DNA from: an uncultured Actinomycetes bacterium
Lineage (GTDB): Bacteria > Actinomycetota > Thermoleophilia > UBA2241
Assembly (NCBI GenBank): GCA_963755025.1
Contig: CAVWIH010000025.1
Span: 1 to 64,000, forward strand
Direction: 5' to 3'
DNA length: 64,000 nt
Shown: piece after piece, positions 59,910 through 64,000 of the stretch
Layout of the letters: each line of letters starts with the position of its first letter
Position numbering within the stretch: position 1 is the stretch's first letter
Made by a program: the position numbers and the translations under genes
Notes under the pieces: generated by a model
Told to the model about the DNA's origin: nothing
Databases searched by the model: none
What the model saw: only the letters and a program-made list of their open reading frames with translations

Positions 59910-61591
59910 CTAGATGAGGTTGCCGGGCGGCCGCTGCTCGGGCGGCACGTCGCGCAGCCACTCGGCGAAGGCGGCGCGGCTGCGCGCCGCCGTGGGCGTG
60001 GCGCAAGCGCCGCCGCGCGACGTGCACAGCAGGTCGGCCGGCAGGGCGCGGCCGATGGCGTCGGCCGCGTCGAGCGCCTCGTGGAACGGCAGCACGGCGG
60101 CGTGGCCGGCCAGCGCCAGGTCGGCGAACACATGCGCCGTGCAGGTCGCCGCGAGAATGCGGCTGCGGCACGGCTGGCACAGGCCGCCGGGGATCGGGTC
60201 GCAGGGCATGCCGGTGAACGCCTGCAGGGTGAGCGAAGCGGCGTCTTCGGTCGCTTGCGGCGTGGCGCCCACCATCGCCGCGATGCCGGCGGCCGCCATG
60301 GCGCCGCAGACGCCGGCTTCGCCGGTGCAGCCGATGACCTCGCCGGTCGGCTCGGTGCGGCTGAAGGCGATGGCGCCGACCCCGCCGGCGACCAGCAGGC
60401 CGTGGAGCAGGTCGTCGTCGGAGAGGCCGCGCGCATCGCGCACGGCGGCCAGCGCGGCGTAGAGGTAGCCTCCCCCGCCCCCCATCGGTCCGGGCACGGT
60501 CTCGACGCCGGGAATGCCGGCGCCGGCGCCGTACGCCAGCGTGATCGTCTCGGCCACGACGCCGCCGGTCAGCGCCCGGCCCGACGCCAGGTGTCGCGCC
60601 CAGGGCGCGGTGAAATCGGGCTTGAAGGGGCTCGCCGGCACAGCGACGTCTTCGTCGTAGGCGGCGTGGGTCTGGCGGTGCATGAGCCCCGCGAGACGGG
60701 CCATGGTCGCCAAAACCTCGTCGCGCGACCAGCCCGACGCGTCGACCTCGTACTGCAGGGCGGTCTCCCAGAGCGCCTCGCCGCGCTGCTCGGCGACCTC
60801 GCGCCAGCGGGTCATGGTGTCGAACAGCTGGGGGGCGCGGTCGGCGCGCCGCAGGACGGGCAGCACGGGCCGCAGCACGGCCAGGCGCGCGCCGTCGCCG
60901 GCAGCCGCCAGCGTGGCGGCCAGCGCCCGCGCGTCGGGCTCGGCGGAGAGGCTGAGGGCGTGCAGGCGGCCGCGACCCTCGGCCGTCGACCACGGTCGTC
61001 GCGACCACGCCGGGCAGCGGAGCGGCGAGGCGCGCGGCGAGCGCAGCGTCGGAGGCGAGGGCGAGCGGACGCCGCGAGGGCGGAGCCGGACGCGGGGTCG
61101 GGCTCGAACACGAGCACCACGTACGCGTCGCCGATGGTGCGCAGCGCAAAGCCGTCGACCGCGATGGTCTCGACCATGCCGCCGCCGGTCGAGGTGCCGA
61201 CCAGCGTGACGCGGCGCCCCGAGCGCCCCGTGAGCACGAACTTCATGGCGTTGGGGTGGTCGCTCTCGGTCAGGTGGGTGAACTCGAAGGCGACCGTGGC
61301 GCCGGCCTCGGCGGCCAGCTCGAAGGCGCGAAAGAGGCCCACGTCGTCGGGCCCCAGGCCGAGCACGCCGGCCACCATGGCGCGGTCTTCGGACATGACG
61401 CCGAAGGTGCCGGCAAAGGAGCCGCGTTCGTCGAGCTGTATGCGGATGGCGGCGGCCGGCTCGCCGAGCAGGTCGCCGGCCAGGCGGCCGAGCCGGCAGG
61501 GCGCCGCGGTGTGCGAGCTCGAGCCCGGCTGCATGACGGGCCCGAAGACGTCGTTGAAGAGCTCGGGATAGGCCGCCGCGCCGGGGGTCAT
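59910..61591 (-). CDS. Fe-S L-serine dehydratase-like enzyme, fused beta and alpha domains, frameshifts near 60960-61070
   Basis: Beta domain GPVMQPGSSSHTA, HPN, STGGG. Alpha domain GCTGE and GMPCDPIPGGLCQPC. Confidence 0.82.
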
Positions 61592-62604
61592 TCGGCGGCG
61601 GCCGCGCCGAAGTGCCGGCCGCCGATCTCGACCCAGGTGCCGACGCCGGTCTCCTTGGCCTTGTCGTAGACGTAGCGTGCGGCCGCCAGGTCTTCGATGG
61701 CGATGCCGAGGCTCTTGAACAGCGTGATCTCGTCGGGGGCGCCGCGGCCCGGCGCCCTGCCGGCCAGCACCTCGCCGATCTCGCCGACGATATGGCCGTC
61801 GTCGACGGCGCCCTCGGCGCGAGCCAGCAGGAACTCGCCGGCCTCGCTCAGCGCCGCCTCGCGGCGATCGACGTAGAGGCGCGAGCGCGCCACGGCGGCG
61901 GTGTCGAGCTCGCGGGTCGTGGGCGTGTAGGCGCCCACCGCATTGATGTGGGCGCCCGGCGCGAGCCACGCGCCGTGCAGCACGGGCTCGGTCGCCGTGG
62001 TGACGGTGCAGATAAGGTCGGCGTCGCGCACGGCTTCTTCGGCGCTGGCGGCGACCTCGATCGGCAGGCCGGTCAGGCGCTGCTCGCGCTCGGCGAAAGC
62101 CTCGGCGCTGCCGGCCGGCAGGCTGAAGACGCGCACGCGCCGCACCGGCCGCACGGCGCGCATCGCCTGCAGGTGGGTGTGCGCCTGCGTGCCGGCGCCG
62201 ATGATGGCGAGGTCGCCGGCGTCGGGCCGCGCCAGCAGGTCGGTGGCCACGCCGCTCACTGCCGCGGTGCGGATGGCCGTGATCGAGGTGGCGTCGACGA
62301 TGGCGCGCAGCAGGCCGCGCTCGGTGTCGAAGACCAGCACGACGCCCTGGTGGGTGTCGAACTCGGAGCCGAAGTTGGCCGGAAAGGCAGCGATCACCTT
62401 GACGCCCAGGGCGTCGATGCCGCCCAGGTACGACGGCATCAGGCCCATGACCCGGTCGCCGTCGGGCAGCGCGAGCATGCTGCGCAGGGGCAGCAGGACG
62501 TCGCCCCCGTCGAGCAGGCCGAGGGCGCGGCGCATGACCTCGATGGCCTCGTCCATGGGCAGCAGGGCGGAGACCTGCTTCTGGTCGGCGATGAGAACGT
62601 CCAT
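61588..62604 (-). CDS. Ornithine cyclodeaminase / mu-crystallin family protein
   Basis: ITAIRTAAVSGVAT, IIGAGTQA, PGAHINAVGA, FKSLGIAIED. Confidence 0.92.
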   Translation of the reverse strand: MDVLIADQKQVSALLPMDEAIEVMRRALGLLDGGDVLLPLRSMLALPDGDRVMGLMPSYLGGIDALGVKVIAAFPANFGSEFDTHQGVVLVFDTERGLLRAIVDATSITAIRTAAVSGVATDLLARPDAGDLAIIGAGTQAHTHLQAMRAVRPVRRVRVFSLPAGSAEAFAEREQRLTGLPIEVAASAEEAVRDADLICTVTTATEPVLHGAWLAPGAHINAVGAYTPTTRELDTAAVARSRLYVDRREAALSEAGEFLLARAEGAVDDGHIVGEIGEVLAGRAPGRGAPDEITLFKSLGIAIEDLAAARYVYDKAKETGVGTWVEIGGRHFGAAAAE

Positions 62605-62719
62605 GGGGGCCTCCGGGCTCGAGTGCTTGCCGTCGCGTGCGCGTCCGGGGCCGGCGCGCCCGCCCCAGAGCTTCAAGGAACGAGTATACGTGCCGAGACG
62701 CCGGTGCGCTGCCGGGCGG

Positions 62720-62811
62720 CGTCGCGCTGGTCGAGCCCGTCGGCCGCGCGGCGTCGCGCAGGTCGAGCCCGTCGGCTGCGCGCGTCGCGCAGGTCGAGCC
62801 TGCCGGCCGCG
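62720..62811. repeat. Three ~31-bp tandem repeats
   Basis: cgtcgcgc(t/a)ggtcgagcc(c/t)g(t/c)cggc(c/t)gcg, repeated three times. Confidence 0.7.
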
Positions 62812-62833
62812 GGGCGGCGGCCGGGCTTTGGGC

Positions 62834-63713
62834 TCAGACGGTAGCCGCCACCCTGCCGTGCCCGCGCAGGCGCCGGGCGCGGTTGCGCAGGGCGTCGCGG
62901 TCGGACTTGCGTCCGCAATCGGCACGCTCGGTGATCCCCAGAGAGGCCGCGCGTTCGAGCTCGTCGAGGGCCTCGTCGTCGCGGCCCAGGCCCTTGAGCA
63001 CCAGCGTGAGGCGGTTGAAGGCGAGGGGCAGGTCGCGCCTGACCGCGCGTTTCTCGTCGAGCGGCGCCGGGCTGCAGGCCAGCAGGCTCTCGATGGCCTT
63101 GCGATAGAGCGCCACGGCCTGCTCGGGCTCGGGCTTTCGAACCCGGCCGCAGCGCGCAGCAGGCCCGCGGCCGCGCTGCAGCGCTGGGCCGCCTGCTCGC
63201 GCCGCTCGCGGACGTCGGCGTGGAACGCGGCGACGGCCGACGCCGTGACGCCCAGGCCGCGAGCCGCGGCGAAGGCGACAAAGGCGTCCTCTTCGCCCGG
63301 GTCGAGGCGTTCGTGCTCGAAGAAGACCAGGCAGCGGCAGCCCTTGGGGCTGGTGCAGCGCGGGTTGGGCGCCCACGCCGCGGCAGAGGCGGGGTCGGCC
63401 GTCTCGGTGCCGTCGGCGGCGGCGCAGGCGGGGCAGGTGTGGGCGTCGCCGACCGCCGAGTAGATGGCGTTGGCGACGGTGGCGTGCGGGGCTGCGGGCG
63501 CGCCCTCGCTCGTGGCAAGGCTCACGGCGGGCTCTTCGGGGCCCCTGGCGACGAACAGCGCGAGCGCATCGCGACACGCGGCGCACACGCCTGGTCGTCG
63601 GCGTCGCGCCCGCACAGCGTGCAGGGTGGGGCGCTCGGGACCAGGGCTCCACAGGTCGCACAGAACGTCGCCGTCTCGCCGATCGAGAGCCCGCAATCGT
63701 GGCAGTACTTCAT
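62834..63713 (-). CDS. Zinc-ribbon plus MuF-like Cys motif plus TPR-like protein, two frameshifts
   Basis: RBS GGAGG. MKYCHDCG...FCATCG...CTLC, then YSAVGDAHTCPACAAADG...PNPRC...CRC, then QAVALYRKAIE...AFNRLTLVLKGLGRDDEAL. Confidence 0.7.
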
Positions 63714-63784
63714 GGCCACCTCCAGGCGGACCAGCTCGTAAGAGCGGGCATCGCGCAGGTCCTGCGCGATCTCCTTAGCGCAAG

Positions 63785-63811
63785 TCATCGGCGTAACCGG
63801 CGACTTCGTTA
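63785..63811 (-). promoter_or_regulatory. Sigma28/WhiG-type promoter
   Basis: Minus strand TAAC-N15-GCCGATGA, about 70 nt upstream of the ATG. Confidence 0.55.
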
Positions 63812-64000
63812 GGGCAGCGGCGCCGTGACGGCGTGCGCCGGCATCGACTGATCAGGCGACGGCGGCGACCTTTAGAGTAATCGAGCGCACATCGGCGGCC
63901 GCCGAGCAAGTCGGGCAGCGGCGGCGCACCGAAGGTGCGCCACCGTGCACATGTGGCGTGTCGCTAGCGGCGCGCTCGCGCGCCCGCTACCGGCGTGCGG

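Noticed and set aside
62720-62811. CRISPR-like ~31-bp repeats (also at 48181-48280)
   Set aside because: The units are adjacent with no unique spacers, and there are no cas genes.
61588-63696. 702-aa ORF suggesting a Zn-protein-OCD fusion
   Set aside because: It results from frameshift read-through across an intergenic repeat. The OCD gene has its own RBS and ATG at 62604.
661-63713. About 25 frameshifts read as programmed frameshifting or mass pseudogenisation
   Set aside because: They are single-base indels, often in homopolymers or GC runs, scattered across unrelated genes with otherwise intact motifs. Long-read error explains them better.

Overview
This 64 kb window is very GC-rich chromosomal DNA from an actinobacterium. 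Gene content and style suggest Thermoleophilia-like, which is inference only. Many single-base indels split otherwise intact genes, consistent with unpolished long-read assembly. Positions 1-5400 look compositionally different and contain decayed genes: a truncated antiporter and an in-frame join of carbonic anhydrase and LUD fragments. The rest is a mosaic of (i) transporters (three DHA2 MFS, APC, ABC-2, MacAB-like), (ii) secreted proteins (S8 and G1 proteases, serpin, YCF48-like propeller), (iii) envelope enzymes (class A PBP, L,D-transpeptidase, GT2-GtrA plus GT39, GH18, HtrA), (iv) c-di-GMP proteins and (v) amino-acid enzymes. No rRNA, tRNA, CRISPR array, integrase or transposase was seen. 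The best signals missed by the ORF track are these. First, three envelope operons share one promoter design: four hexamers phased at 11 bp, then 10 nt, then a -10 element, resembling an MprA-like regulon. Second, there is a 6C-type small RNA with its own phased box array. Third, two unrelated secreted proteins share a ~194-aa C-terminal module. Other signals are a glutaredoxin with only an ACG start, a 31-aa membrane peptide, a BldC-like HTH-GAF fusion with 10-bp repeats upstream, a divergent Fe-S dehydratase coupled to an OCD-family enzyme, a papain-like protease paired with a DUF4831-like protein, and a Zn-ribbon/MuF-like/TPR-like protein behind a sigma28/WhiG-type promoter.
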